NCBI RefSeq assembly: GCF_018977255.1
Contig: NW_024704743.1
Span: 43,898,001 to 43,962,000, forward strand
Direction of reading: 5' to 3'
Source of the DNA: Callorhinchus milii
Lineage: Eukaryota
DNA: 64,000 bases
Shown: positions 1-11,422 of the stretch, piece after piece
Layout of the letters: every line of letters starts with the position of its first letter
How positions within the stretch are numbered: position 1 is the first letter of the stretch
The notes under the pieces: generated by a model
Seen by the model: the letters and a program-made list of their open reading frames with translations, nothing else
Databases searched by the model: none
What the model was told of the DNA's origin: nothing
Program-made: the position numbers and the translations under genes

Positions 1-440
1 TTACTTTCTACCATTTAAAATCTTATATAGCTTTATATGATTCCTTCTGAAGCATCACCTTTCAAGATTGAAGAGCCCTAGCCTGTCTAATTCCTGTTCA
101 TAGTTCTTTCCTCTAACATTGGGGATTTTTTTTGTTGATCTTTACTGCACTGCCTCTTATGTTTTCCTGACCAGACTCACCAAAGAATTCCTTTGGTGTG
201 ATTGACCAGATTACTGTATTGTTAGAGAGTAACTTCTGGGGATCTGAACCCAACTGATTTGGCAATATAGCCCAGCATCCTCTTTGCCTTGCTTATTGCT
301 ACCTAACACTGTTTTAATACAAATCAACTAACACCCACATATCTCTTTCAACTTTCCCCTTGGCAAGTTTTATCGCAGCCACATGCCTCCTATTTTATCT
401 TCCTATCTACAGTTCCTTGTAGTTATGTGTTTAATTTCCT
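1..440 (-). mobile_element. Degenerate CR1-type LINE fragment (3' part of ORF2), resumes at about 845-960
   Basis: Antisense CR1-like sequence (aaaatcttatatagctttat, gaagagccctagcc, ccagcatcctc; tttggtatcatctgaaaat is a FADDTK-like motif on minus); no open frame. Confidence 0.6.
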
Positions 441-469
441 TTGCCAGTCATCAAGAACTCTTTGTTCAA

Positions 470-844
470 TCTGACCAGGACCATTGTTCTCCACCTTCAT
501 CAAATTGACCGCCTCCGACCATACCTTACCCCAAATGTAGTCGAAACACTCGTCCATGCAAACGTCTGGCTCCAGCCTTCTGCTTGTCACTCATGCCCTT
601 CTTCCACCATTGGTGGCCGCACATTCAGCCACTACATCCCGAAATTCTGGAACACTCTTCCTGTATCCCTCTGCCTTGCCCTCTCCTTCACTACCTTCAG
701 GTTGCGCCTGAAGACCTTCCTCTTTAACCGTACCTACGGTCACCTCCCCCCTGCCCCAGCTCGGCATCTTGCTCCGACACTGTCAAGTGCTCTGGGATCC
801 TACTCTGCGTGAGAGGCATTATATAAATGCGGGTGGTTGTTGTT
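470..844 (+). mobile_element. L2 LINE 3' fragment
   Basis: Translation LRPYLTP..VETLVHA..GGRTFS..WNTLP..F..RLKTFLF; tail tatataaatgc followed by (ttg)n. Confidence 0.85.
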
Positions 845-959
845 AAATGTTTCTGCCTTCTCTGATTCCACAGTTCCCTCCAATTTGGTATCATCTGAAA
901 ATCTAACTATAGATTCACTTAATATCACTTCACGTAATATCTGTCCCATTAGCACTTCT

Positions 960-1076
960 GCCCACAGCACTTCTCCATTGGAGTGTCAGACTAGGTTAGG
1001 AGCTCAAAGACAAAGAAGTGGAGCTTAAACCCACAACAATCTGACTCACAGACAAGAGTGAGCCAGGCTGACACCT
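960..1076 (-). mobile_element. Old DeuSINE-type element, 5' part
   Basis: Reverse complement resembles the head at 13041 (cactct..tgagtcaga..ttgtgggtttaagc..ctgacactccaatg). Confidence 0.55.
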
Positions 1077-1879
1077 AACTTTTTGTCTGCTGATATACTT
1101 CCATAGTCATTCTTGCAATAATCAGCTGCATCGATTTAACAGCAATGAAGAGAGCAAGCTAATTTCTTATAACACAGTGTGCTAGGTACGTATGAATAAC
1201 ATGCACTATTACCCTGCTGAACACAGGCCTTTATTCTCCACAGAAATAGTTTGACAGCCACTGTGTGGTTACAATCCTTGAAAATATAAAATAACAGACA
1301 TGTGTGTGAGAAAGACTTACTCAATCCAACGAGTGGTTCAGACATTGTCCTAAGGAGGGTTGTGAGAACTAGCTAAATACTGCCTTACAGCCTTTCCTTC
1401 CACTTGCTTAAGATACATAATATATATAGTTTTAAATATTTTATACAAACAATCTTTGTAGTGTCTTTTCCTATAATTCTCCTGAGTAAGTTTATTTCTA
1501 GATACAAAGTCAACTCGATCTCACTCAAGTTTTCTCAGCAGGCTTCAGTAATTGGGTGCCAAGTAGCCCTCACCAAAAGGAGAGTTCCTGTGGAGAAATA
1601 ACTACACTGCTTGTATATTCCAGCACTGGGGTGATGCTCCAGTGGAGATGCTGACACTTGAACATCACTCTTTACATCAGCTATGGTATTTTATATTTAG
1701 AAATCCAGAGATTTCTGTTTTTCATTCCTCATATGTGTGAAGCTTAGGACAACATTGCACAAGTGTCACAGTGAACTTTAGATCAGTGTTTTCTTTCCTG
1801 AGTAACTAATGCCAAAACAATGGTAGCAGAGACTGGCAATGTACATAATATCCGACAAATATATAACTGCCTTTAGCCA

Positions 1880-2200
1880 ATTTTGTAGCTGTCCTTAGAC
1901 TCGGTCTTGTTGACATTCAACTTAAGAAAATTAGAGTTCAACCAGGACTTGATGTCTGCCAGGCAAATGGTCAGAACAGCATTGGTCCTAGAATCAAGGG
2001 TAGAGGCAGAGAGAGTTGAGTGTCATCCATGTACTTGCATAAGATGGCCTACACATGATAATAATAATCCTTGCATTTGATGTTTGGTATCACTAAGTGG
2101 GAACATACAGATGGCAAAAAGGAAAGAAACAAATATAGAGCTCTGAGGAATGCCATATGTGACTGTGCGGGGGTGAGAGGAGAGCCATTGAATCGCCGCC
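1880..2200 (-). mobile_element. Old L2-type RT fragment
   Basis: Minus strand tacatggatgacactcaactc reads YMDDTQL; ccaggacttgatgtctg matches other L2 copies. Confidence 0.55.
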
Positions 2201-2244
2201 TCTATTTGAAACAGGATGTAATAAGCAGGTTTATTATGACTTTA

Positions 2245-2720
2245 GGAACATAAGAACATAATGTAATACAGGCTGTTTGATCTGTATCAGATCATGGCAG
2301 ATCTCTTTCAATCCCTGTTTCCGCACCTTTTCTCCATCTACAATAATATCCTTTTTTCCCACATTTCTAATCCTTTTTTTAAACATCTCAATTCATTTTG
2401 CCTATTCAACTTTCTAGGGTGTGCATTCCACATTCTTACAACTGTTTGTGTGACAAAATGATTTCTGATCTCACCTCTCACCATTTTAGCTCTAATTTTC
2501 AGGTTGTGTCCCTTCCTTTGAGATCTATATAAAATAAGAAAGAAATGTCCTAGCTTATCAATTCCCTTTATTACTAAGTGTATATACTTAAATATACTTT
2601 ATTAAGTATCTTTGTATGATCAGCCTTTAACCTCCTCGGCTCTTAAGGAATAAAACCCAAGTTTACCCATTTCTGTCAAAATAGCTAAGCCTCTTTATCC
2701 TTGACATTAATCTTCCACTC
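2245..2720 (-). mobile_element. CR1 LINE 3' end
   Basis: gaacataagaacata terminal repeat followed by antisense CR1 tail sequence. Confidence 0.65.
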
Positions 2721-3091
2721 AGAAAGTGCATGTATTATATATATACTGGGATGCATGGTTAGAATTCTCAAATAATACTTAGTATATTTAATCCAGAAAA
2801 GTTTCATTATATAGCAGAACACAGATCAATGGATGGGGAATGTGAAACAAGCTGAGTAAGGTCAGTCATACCCTGTTCAAATAAATCTCCTGCCAGGTTG
2901 ACAAAGTAGTGCTATAAATGGCATCAAAATGGTACACAGTGGGGTGGACTACCTTCCCACCCACGAACAGATGCTTTGGTGTGGGGCTGGAGAAATAGGA
3001 TTGAATAATTGTGATAATGTTTAAAACAATACCTATATCCCTTCTACTTCCAGTGTTGTTAAATTAACACAAACCTCAAACCTCACGAGAT

Positions 3092-3310
3092 CTCTTTTTT
3101 TGGTCAGCCGCTTGCGAAAACCCATCCCCAAGCTTAAGTCCCCAAACCAGAGAGTTCCATGTATAATGCCACTTACACATGGAACATTCCGTGTGTCTGG
3201 AATGAAAATGTATGGACTCTCCCTGGAGGAAGGCTTACCTAATTCCGGAGAAGTATTAGGTGCAGATTGGCGAGAGCCAAGGGTTGGGAACTCTAGATTA
3301 TGAGTTAGAG
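3092..3310 (-). mobile_element. Unclassified A-tailed retroelement (here called family X), 3' fragment
   Basis: T-run + ggtcagc, then sequence shared with 13740, 32417 and 44469 (cttacctaattccgga, gagccaagg.ttggg). Confidence 0.7.
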
Positions 3311-4619
3311 TAAAACCAAGACCTGAACAGTGGGATTTGGTGACCGTTTTGAAATATAATTCCATATAGCAAACTTGAAAAAGCATAAAAATAGAACAGA
3401 AGACCTCGCACAGCAAAGTTTTGGGAAACTGTGACTTGATCCCAAACCCTTGACCTGCTCAAGATTGATTCCTACTGTTTATGATGTCAGTCCACCAACA
3501 ACTAAATAAAAAAAACTATAGATACAGTATATGGTCAATAAATCAAATTCATAAAATGTTGATGCTTCATTTGACTTTCCACATTAACTACTATGACCAG
3601 AAAGCCACAATGCAGTATCAAGCTTGTACCTACAAATAGAATAATACAAAGCATCTAAGCATCTAAATGATCAGAAGGCAAACATTTATAAGACATTTCG
3701 GGTTTGAGTCTTAGGACTAGTTACTTAAAATGTAAGATTGCAGAAAAATGTTAAATTCAGAATGAATTTGGGAATATTTCTTCTCACAGTTCATACAAAA
3801 ATACCTGCACTTTTTTTTAAGTTGACCTCCAAACTTAGACTAAATTTAATTTTTTTCCAAAACTTGGCAAACTTTCCAGCCATTTATAGACAGCCCTCTA
3901 CAACACAAGAGTCCAATCATGAAGTATTCTCTTTAATGCAATTAATCAAAGCCTCTAGTCGCTGAAATGAATAAATTAGGAGGTAGTTTTCTCTCTCTTT
4001 GTATTTATGATCACTGAAGACTAGACTATGCCTGTCAAAACCTAGCTGGCTTTTGACAGCTATCAACTGCAGGCATTGTGTGCAGTGCTGATCAAATCGA
4101 TCCCTCCTTATTCACTCAACCCCGTACTGTTCATTTGTAAGAGAGGAAAATACAGAAGAATATAAGAAGCATGTCCGTTGTCATAGCAGCAGTTTGCTTT
4201 TGCTTCTATTCAGCTTTTCAAAGCAAATCATCAGTAACTGGACATTCTCCTTCAGAAGGAGAGTTTTCAAGACATGCAAAGTAACATAAAGCCTCTTAAG
4301 GCTAGTCATTTGTGACAGGGCTTGCAAATCCTGGTGGGTCCCTGGTAGAGAAAATCCTCCAAATGAATGTATTTCCCTTTAAGAAGGCCTTAGAGACAAG
4401 GACCTAATTGATGAAATGATGAAAAAGACAGTTGTCAAATTAAATAATCATCCAACCCTAGGCTATTCAAACAGCATCATGTTGGGTTACAGAGAGAAAG
4501 CTGGAGGTCAGAAACTCAGGAGAAGCTCAGGAAGAGTGGCCTTCAAAGAGCAGATAAAATGGTGAAGGGCAGTGTTGTTGTTTTCTTGGTAAAAACCAAT
4601 TATGTAACCTGTGTATTAG

Positions 4620-4800
4620 TTTTTTTGAAATTTGGTGTCTGACTAATGTGCAAACTCTTTGCTGTGCTTAAGAATATCCAAACCAGAATGCCACATACAA
4701 ATGGAACACGCACTCTTTCCCTGAAAGGATGCACATTGCTTACCTAATTCTGTAAAGTACTAGTTTGGCAAGAAGCAAAATTTAGGGACCCAGGATGTGT
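4620..4800 (-). mobile_element. Family X, degenerate 3' fragment
   Basis: ggtgtctgac..gcttaagaatatccaaacc..ttgcttacctaattc..gggacccag. Confidence 0.55.
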
Positions 4801-5173
4801 GTCAGTCAGTCTGGTAGCACTCTCATCTCTGAGTCAGAAGGATAGGGGTTCAAGCCGCATATTGGAATTTGAACTCATATCGTCAAAGACACGCCAGTGG
4901 AGGTGATACTGGTGAGACATTAAACCATGACCCTATCTGTCTGTTCAGGTGGATGTTAAAGATCCCATAGCACTATTTGAAAAGAAAAGTGAGTTTCTGC
5001 CAGTTTCCTGGCCAACAACTCCCCTAAATACAATTGGTCACTCACTTCTTGGCTGCCGCATTTGCCCACAAAACACACATTCACTCCACATTGCAGTATA
5101 TACTGTAAAGTGCTTTAGGATGTCCTCCTGGCATAACATGTGCTATACCAAATGCAAGGAATGTTATTATTAT
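4797..5173 (+). mobile_element. Old tRNA-head DeuSINE-type SINE
   Basis: ggtagcactctc..tgagtcagaag head; Deu-type core ctgttcaggtggatgttaaagatcccat.gcactatt; tail aaatgcaagg-(tta)n. Confidence 0.8.
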
Positions 5174-5689
5174 ATTGGACCTTGTTCAAGACATTCAAAG
5201 GCTGCCCTCTAGACATAGAAATTATCCAGCCAGTAGTTTGAAGTTTCCAAGCAATAACAAGTGCAATTGGAGTGTATAGGACATGCCAAGCTATTTACAA
5301 CCAAGCGATTGATTGCTGTATCACTCTGAACTCCATGTGGGTGCTAAGTAATTGGTAAGCCTCAAAAAAGAAGCAGAGAGCACCACTGTTAAAGCCATCG
5401 GCTCCTGCTCAATACAGCCCTCCCACCGGCACTGGCCATTGCTTAAATAGCTCCCCCCATCCCATCAAACCCAGCCCCAGGTTGAAAAAATCTGGGTGCA
5501 CTCTTCACCAAATTAATCTCCTTTTTAACATTTAGTCTTTCTTTGCTTTTCTTGCATGCATTGCATTTCTGAAATGTCTCGGATGCATCTTTTGTTGAGT
5601 TTATTTTTGATTCTGTATCTATTTTTAACATGAAATTCCAGCACTTGATGAAACCCCTTTACTCCAGAATGTGTATATTCTGTACACTA

Positions 5690-6005
5690 GTTTTGAACTC
5701 ATGGGCGAGGCTGACGATCCAGTGCAGTGCTGGGGAGTGCATTGTGGGTTGTTCTGTCCTTTAGATGAGACATTAAACTGAGATCCCATTTACCTATTCA
5801 GGTGGATTACAAAGATTGCACTACTCAAAATGAAAAGGGAGGTCTTCCAGTGTTGGTTTGTGAGAAATTGCTGTATGCAAATCGGCTGTTGTGCTCGCCT
5901 AAACAATACACAGTCACTACACTTTACAGTAAATATGATGAAGTTCTTTAAGACATCATGACAACGTGATAAGACACTTTATCCAACACAAGATTATTAT
6001 TATTT
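5690..6005 (+). mobile_element. Old DeuSINE-type SINE
   Basis: gatgagacattaaac..ttcaggtgga..ttgctgtatgcaaatcggctg; (tta)n tail. Confidence 0.75.
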
Positions 6006-6189
6006 ATATATTATTTTATATTACCTATTTCTAGTTGGCTGTTTTATCTGCCAATTTTATTCTGTTTTATCTTTCAATTTATCTGTGGTGCTTCTCTTTT
6101 TATAGCTTGAAAGTTTGCTTTTAAAAATTGTTTTTCTTTTTCTGTTCTGACTATAAGCCTATTTATGTTATGATTCTTCAACTTGATTA

Positions 6190-6320
6190 TCCTTCCTCTT
6201 CAATCGTGCTTACGGTCACCTCCTCCCTACCTTCAGCTTGGCATTAGGCTCCGCCACTGTTAAGCGCTCCAAGACGCTGCCCCGCCTAAATGGCGTGTTA
6301 TGAATGCAAATTGTTGATAT
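6190..6320 (+). mobile_element. L2 3' tip
   Basis: Similar to 715-844 (tacggtcacctcc..aagcgctc..aatgcaa.ttgttg). Confidence 0.65.
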
Positions 6321-6654
6321 GTTATGATCACCATCTCTTTAATGGTCTCCAGGTCACTGAATTGCCCTGGTCCATTACTCAGCACCAGATCCAGTACAAC
6401 AGCAGAGTAAATTGCTTCAAACTAAGCAGCAAAGCTGTTTGATATAATACTAATCAACAACAACACATTGAAAGAAGTGCAATCCAGAACAGAATGCCAT
6501 TTCTTATGTTAGGATACGAGTCAGTGACATTATGAATAAGCATTCCTCTTCACTGCTAGGAGCTTTGGCACAACAATTACCTGAACTTTTATTATTTTTA
6601 CAAAGTATGCAGCTTTGTTGGCTTAATCTTATGCAAAAATAGAAAAAACAAATC

Positions 6655-6822
6655 AACTACAACAACAAACTACAACAAGAAAATTACATTTGTATAGCAC
6701 CCTTCATGTCTGGAGGACATCCCAAAGCACCGGACAGACAGAGTTTTGGACCCGAGCTGGGGGTCGGGATCAGGGAGGGTGGAGGGCAGGGGGAGAAGTA
6801 GGGAGATGGAAAGCACGGTCGA
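6655..6822 (-). mobile_element. L2 3' tip
   Basis: (caa)n, catttgtatagcacc, ggaggacatccca; matches 21897 and 47826. Confidence 0.75.
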
Positions 6823-6945
6823 CAAAGGGTCATGGACCCGAAACGTTGACTCACTTTCCTTTCTCCATAGATGCTGCCTGATCTGCTGAGTGTTCCCAGC
6901 GACTTCTTTGTTTGTTTCAGATTTTCAGGATTTGCAGTATTTTGA
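6819..6945 (+). mobile_element. Penelope-like terminal-repeat fragment with partial hammerhead motif
   Basis: GGGTC-atg-GACCC-GAAACGTT followed by ctccatagatgctgcctga..ttcccagcgacttct, homologous to 31070-31205. Confidence 0.7.
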
Positions 6946-7342
6946 GTTCAGCTTTGAAATTAATATGTGAATACCAAATGTAACAAAAATCAATTATTAA
7001 ATGAGACAATTCTTGCAGATTTAATTTGAATCAGAACAAATATGTCATAGAATAAAGGAAATTTGCTGAGAATACAACAAAAATCCATGGCATGAGATCG
7101 ATCAATAGACAGTAAGCCCAAATATCAACAGATACACGCTGAGCACTGACCTTCCCGCAAGCCTTTCTGAATTAAAGGCATTGTTATCACAACCTCACGG
7201 CCTCTCAAGTTATAAACTGTCACATTTTTCCTCTCACTTAAACTGAATGAAATAACTAATCATCAGATGTTCATTCAAACGCTTATTGTACATGCAAAGA
7301 CAGGTGGATTGTAAAAAAAAAGCTTTGACTATGCTGGCTTAC

Positions 7343-7401
7343 CTTGTAGGATGGCATTAATATCCATTTCATTAGGTTCTGTTCCCCAGCAGTAACTACA
7401 A
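7343..7401 (-). other. Candidate short exon, unidentified
   Basis: Minus strand tatttttgctag acceptor and AAG/gtaagc donor; two open frames (VVTAGEQNLMKWILMPSYK or CSYCWGTEPNEMDINAILQ); no protein recognised. Confidence 0.2.
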
Positions 7402-8149
7402 CTAGCAAAAATACACTGTCATCGACCTGCTTATTGATCACTTGACTTATCGGTGTTCATTGACTGAATCTCTTTTTGAAGCAGTATATTTGTTGCTTCA
7501 GCAAATGCAATGACATTTTCAGAACTGTAAACCTCTGCATACATCCCCAATCATCACTCTCTTAAGCATTTTCAAGCTTCCTTTTAGCCATTCAATAATT
7601 TAAATGCTTGTGACCTAATACCGTAACACTAGAAATTCTATACAATTCCCTACAGCAAAATAATTTGGAAGTTATGGAATTTGCGTGGTAAATGCAAGGC
7701 GTTAAAACACACCAAATCCCGTAGGTCCATTTTGGGGATCTAAATATTCATGGTATTGGAGGTAGGGATAGGGAGAACCTGTTACTTTAAGCAAATTCTT
7801 TCATTTCGGCTTTTGCAATTTTCACACATAAATATATGTTTCTTGCGGCATCTGTTTAGCAAGAGGTGGCTCCTGTTGTCAAAGATTTGTTGTTAACTCA
7901 GCACAGAGAAGGTTCTCAACTACCACTGAGAAGCTTTTGCAACTTAGGGAGTTGCAAAACCTCGGAACCAGGATACTGGTGCTTCACTATAAAAGGCATG
8001 ACGTATACATTGCATACACATCAAAGTGACTGTGAGCAGCAGAAGGGACAAAGCACCTATTTTCCTTCACTTGCACATTTAGTTCAGTCTATGAAAGTCT
8101 ATCGGGTTAGCAGCCACTCAGACACTGTAAGAAACGTATATTTTTGTTT

Positions 8150-8490
8150 GAATATAACGATAGCTGAAATGAAAGAATGTTTGATTTAAAGTAACAGATT
8201 GGTGAGTCAGTGAATTAAGGGCATCAATTTTAGATAGCAAACAAACGAGCAAATTAGAGAATTTTCATGCACATAGTTAGAATGTCCTGCCGGGAGAGAT
8301 GGCTGAGGCAGAATCCAATTTAGCTTTCAAAAGAGGACAAGATACATATCTTAAAGGAGTTAACTACAGGGATATGGGGACAGGACAGGTAAATGGGACT
8401 GGAAGGAATGCTCTTAAAATGGCAGTACAAACATGAATGACTGAATGTCATTCTTCTGTGCTGGAAATTTCTATGGCTTTATGGTTCATG
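8150..8490 (+). mobile_element. CR1 LINE 3' end
   Basis: gctttcaaaag..agggatatgggg..aaatgggact..ttctatgg tail. Confidence 0.65.
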
Positions 8491-9319
8491 GGCAATTTCA
8501 CCAATGCTGAGAAGCATGGAAAAAAAATCTGACCATTAAGGGGTTAAAATAAATTGACAGGTGCGAGAAGGAAGCTGAGAAAAATGGATATGCAGGAAGG
8601 TTATGTTGAACTGATAAAAATTACATAAAATATTTTCTCACATTTCCAGTGTCAATAAAACTATTAATTCACAGTCCTGGTCCTTCCATGACAAAAGGAT
8701 AATTTCTTACACTTAAATTAATAGTGTTAGTTATCACATTTTAACTACCTTTAATTTGGGTCAATTATGCTTTTATCAGTCTTGTTAAATGACAGTCTAA
8801 TCTGCAATCAGAGGCAGTTTGGGATTGGAACTGACTCTATGGTCACTTTAGGCAAATCCTAATCACTTCAAGGTACTTCACAGCATATCCACCCACCACA
8901 GGTTAGATAATGCAATGTTGCTGCTCATGACTGCACCTGGAACTTTTCAAACTCGATCTCCCACATTGCAGCCGGCAGAACTGGAAAAGACTGTTTCTGA
9001 AGTGGTCACGAAAACCACACAATTTACTCTCACACTTCAGAGACCACAACAGAAAATCTATCCAAAAAGCAATGCCAGACTATCAAATAGCGTGGCACTC
9101 AGACAATGTTAAATATTGTTAAGACCTTATGTTAAAAATGTTGGACTTTTAATTATTTTTTTAAAATGCTGAAACTAATTTAATTCATTTAATCCATAAA
9201 TCTCTCTTTTTAATTTCTTTCAAAGAAGTAAATAAATGTCAGCAACATTTAAAATGATCTACTGACATTTTCTCATGCACCATTTGTGAGAGTAAAACAG
9301 TTTCACAAGATTGGTTCAT

Positions 9320-9970
9320 ATGAAGAAGGTCCTTCAGCCCATCTAATCTCATCCTCCCAGAATACCTACCCTATCATTCTCATCACAACATCAAGCTGTT
9401 TACTAAATGAGTTGAATGCCCTGGCCTCAACCTCCTGTTAATGTATTCTAACAATTCAGCATCCTCTGGACAAAGAAATACCTCCTGGGTCCGTCCTGAA
9501 ATTTCCTTTGCAACTCTAAAACTGTATCCACTTCTACTGCCTTAGTGCATCCGAAAATATTATTCTGAATTTATTTTCTCAATTCTTTTTAAAATCGTAC
9601 ATTCCTCTGTATACTTCAATAGATTCTTGAATACTGGGAGGCCAGTACTATACAAAAAACAATAGTTCATTTCCTGATCAAATACAATATAACTTCCTCA
9701 CCCTGGGCGAAGAGAATAAGGAGGCCAACAGTAGGATACCGACTGGGCAACCTCATTAGGCTAGTTTCCAATTTGATAGATTTACAATGGACAATGTGGG
9801 ACAATGTGTAAGTGAGTTTATCTATACACAATGACCAGTTTTCAGAATTTTGCACATTGTGCTGTTTCAAATTTTAAGAGAACTTTATGAGTGGACAGGA
9901 CTTCAAATGTCTTTATAAACTATTTCATTGTATTCATGCTCTTATCCAAACATGTTGATCTTTTAAAGTC
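9320..9970. mobile_element. Degenerate CR1 fragments (about 9320-9625 minus, about 9700-9970 plus)
   Basis: ccttcagcccatc tail-like start; ttcagaattttgcacattgtgc..tttaagagaac similar to CR1 ORF2 C-terminal region. Confidence 0.45.
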
Positions 9971-10168
9971 TGAAAATCGTAGTTACCAGCTGCCTGAAAA
10001 TTCACACTTGTATTTGATTAGAGAAAATTCTGTTGCTGATCTATTTCAGGTTTACTCATTATTTTGTAGTATAAAGCTGGATATAAATTCTCAGGGCAGT
10101 CAAAAGACCATCCACTCTGTTCCTGAAATAAACTGTGATTTGAACTCTCTTGAAGTCCTTGTGGACAA

Positions 10169-10286
10169 GGATTATTATTAGGTGTGTGGAGTAAGGAAAC
10201 TTGTCCAAGGTTTCGCCCTGCCTGGAATTGAACCCAGGTCTCTCACTTGCAAAGCGAGTGCTCTAACTGCTGAGCTACAGGACTCC
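10169..10286 (-). mobile_element. Young tRNA-Ala-head SINE, head only
   Basis: Reverse complement of GGAGTCCTGTAGCTCAG..GGGCGAAACCTTGG; 3' part missing. Confidence 0.9.
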
Positions 10287-10489
10287 AATTTGTGGTAAAA
10301 GTACCACAAATTGGATACTATTTTCTCTCTTTTGTTTTGTTATGTTTTCTGATTTCACATGTCTGTGTTTTGGGATTTCATGTGATTATAAAGCAAATAG
10401 TAGCCAAGCAGTAACACACATCTTCCTCTCTTGCCAGCTAGTTTCTATCATGGCAGCCTAAGGGTTTCTGATTTATTCTATAAAAATGG

Positions 10490-10615
10490 AAATGGTCTCT
10501 GTGTGATATGGGGAAAGATTGATCAATTGAACTGAGTGGATTGCTCTTTGAAAGAGTCAGCCATGAATGGCTAAAATATTTCCTTCTGCACTTTAACGTT
10601 CTATGGTTCTATGTT
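10490..10615 (+). mobile_element. CR1 3' tip
   Basis: gatatggggaaag..ttgctctttgaaagag..ttctatggttctatg. Confidence 0.6.
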
Positions 10616-11214
10616 GTCAACACCAATCACATTTCAAGTACAAATTGCTACTTTTCCTTTAATTTGCGTTGCAATGCATCTTTACTAAATTGTAGGTACT
10701 AAAATATTATTTTTTTAAAAAGAAAAACATAAATGTGCCAAAAAGCACAAAAATTAAATAGGTTGAATAAATGTTTCACAGAAGGTTAAGTTACTGAAGC
10801 AGGCCTGAGTGCATTACACTAGTTATTATTGCTTTAAGTCATTCAGTCTCACGACTAACACCTTAAAAGTAATTTGCAATTACATCAGTATGAGTTCTTC
10901 GAGTTTTAATACCTTCATTTGGAGTTTAATGGGAGTATAAACCATTTTATTTATATTTTTAATCACATTAGCAGAGATTTCTAATGTGAAAAGTGCTTTT
11001 CTTCCCCCATGATATTAAAAATAACTACTGGAGTACTTGAACAGAAGTAGCTCAATTACTAAGGTATACATGAGAAAAACAATGTCAAATATTTTCCTCT
11101 TAAATGGATCGGAAAGCAAAGTAGTGAACTCTGACTTTAACTATGAACCACCAAAGCACACAAAAAGTGTTGAACACATATAGTGGATTATGGTATTTTT
11201 ACTGAATGCCTACT

Positions 11215-11422
11215 GTATACTTTAAACCCCCACAATTGGGACTTTGAACCCACATAATCTAGGTTGAAACTTCAGTGCAGTGATGGGGGCATGTTGCATT
11301 GTTGGAGGTGTCATCCTTCAGATGCAGCATTTAATCGATGTCCTGTCTACCTGTTTATGGACATTAAAGGTCCCATGGCACTATTCAAAAAGAGAAGGAT
11401 TTTTTTTCCTGGTGTCTTAGCA
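11215..11422 (+). mobile_element. Old DeuSINE-type SINE fragment
   Basis: ggaggtgtcatccttcagatg..ggacattaaaggtcccatggcactattc. Confidence 0.75.
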
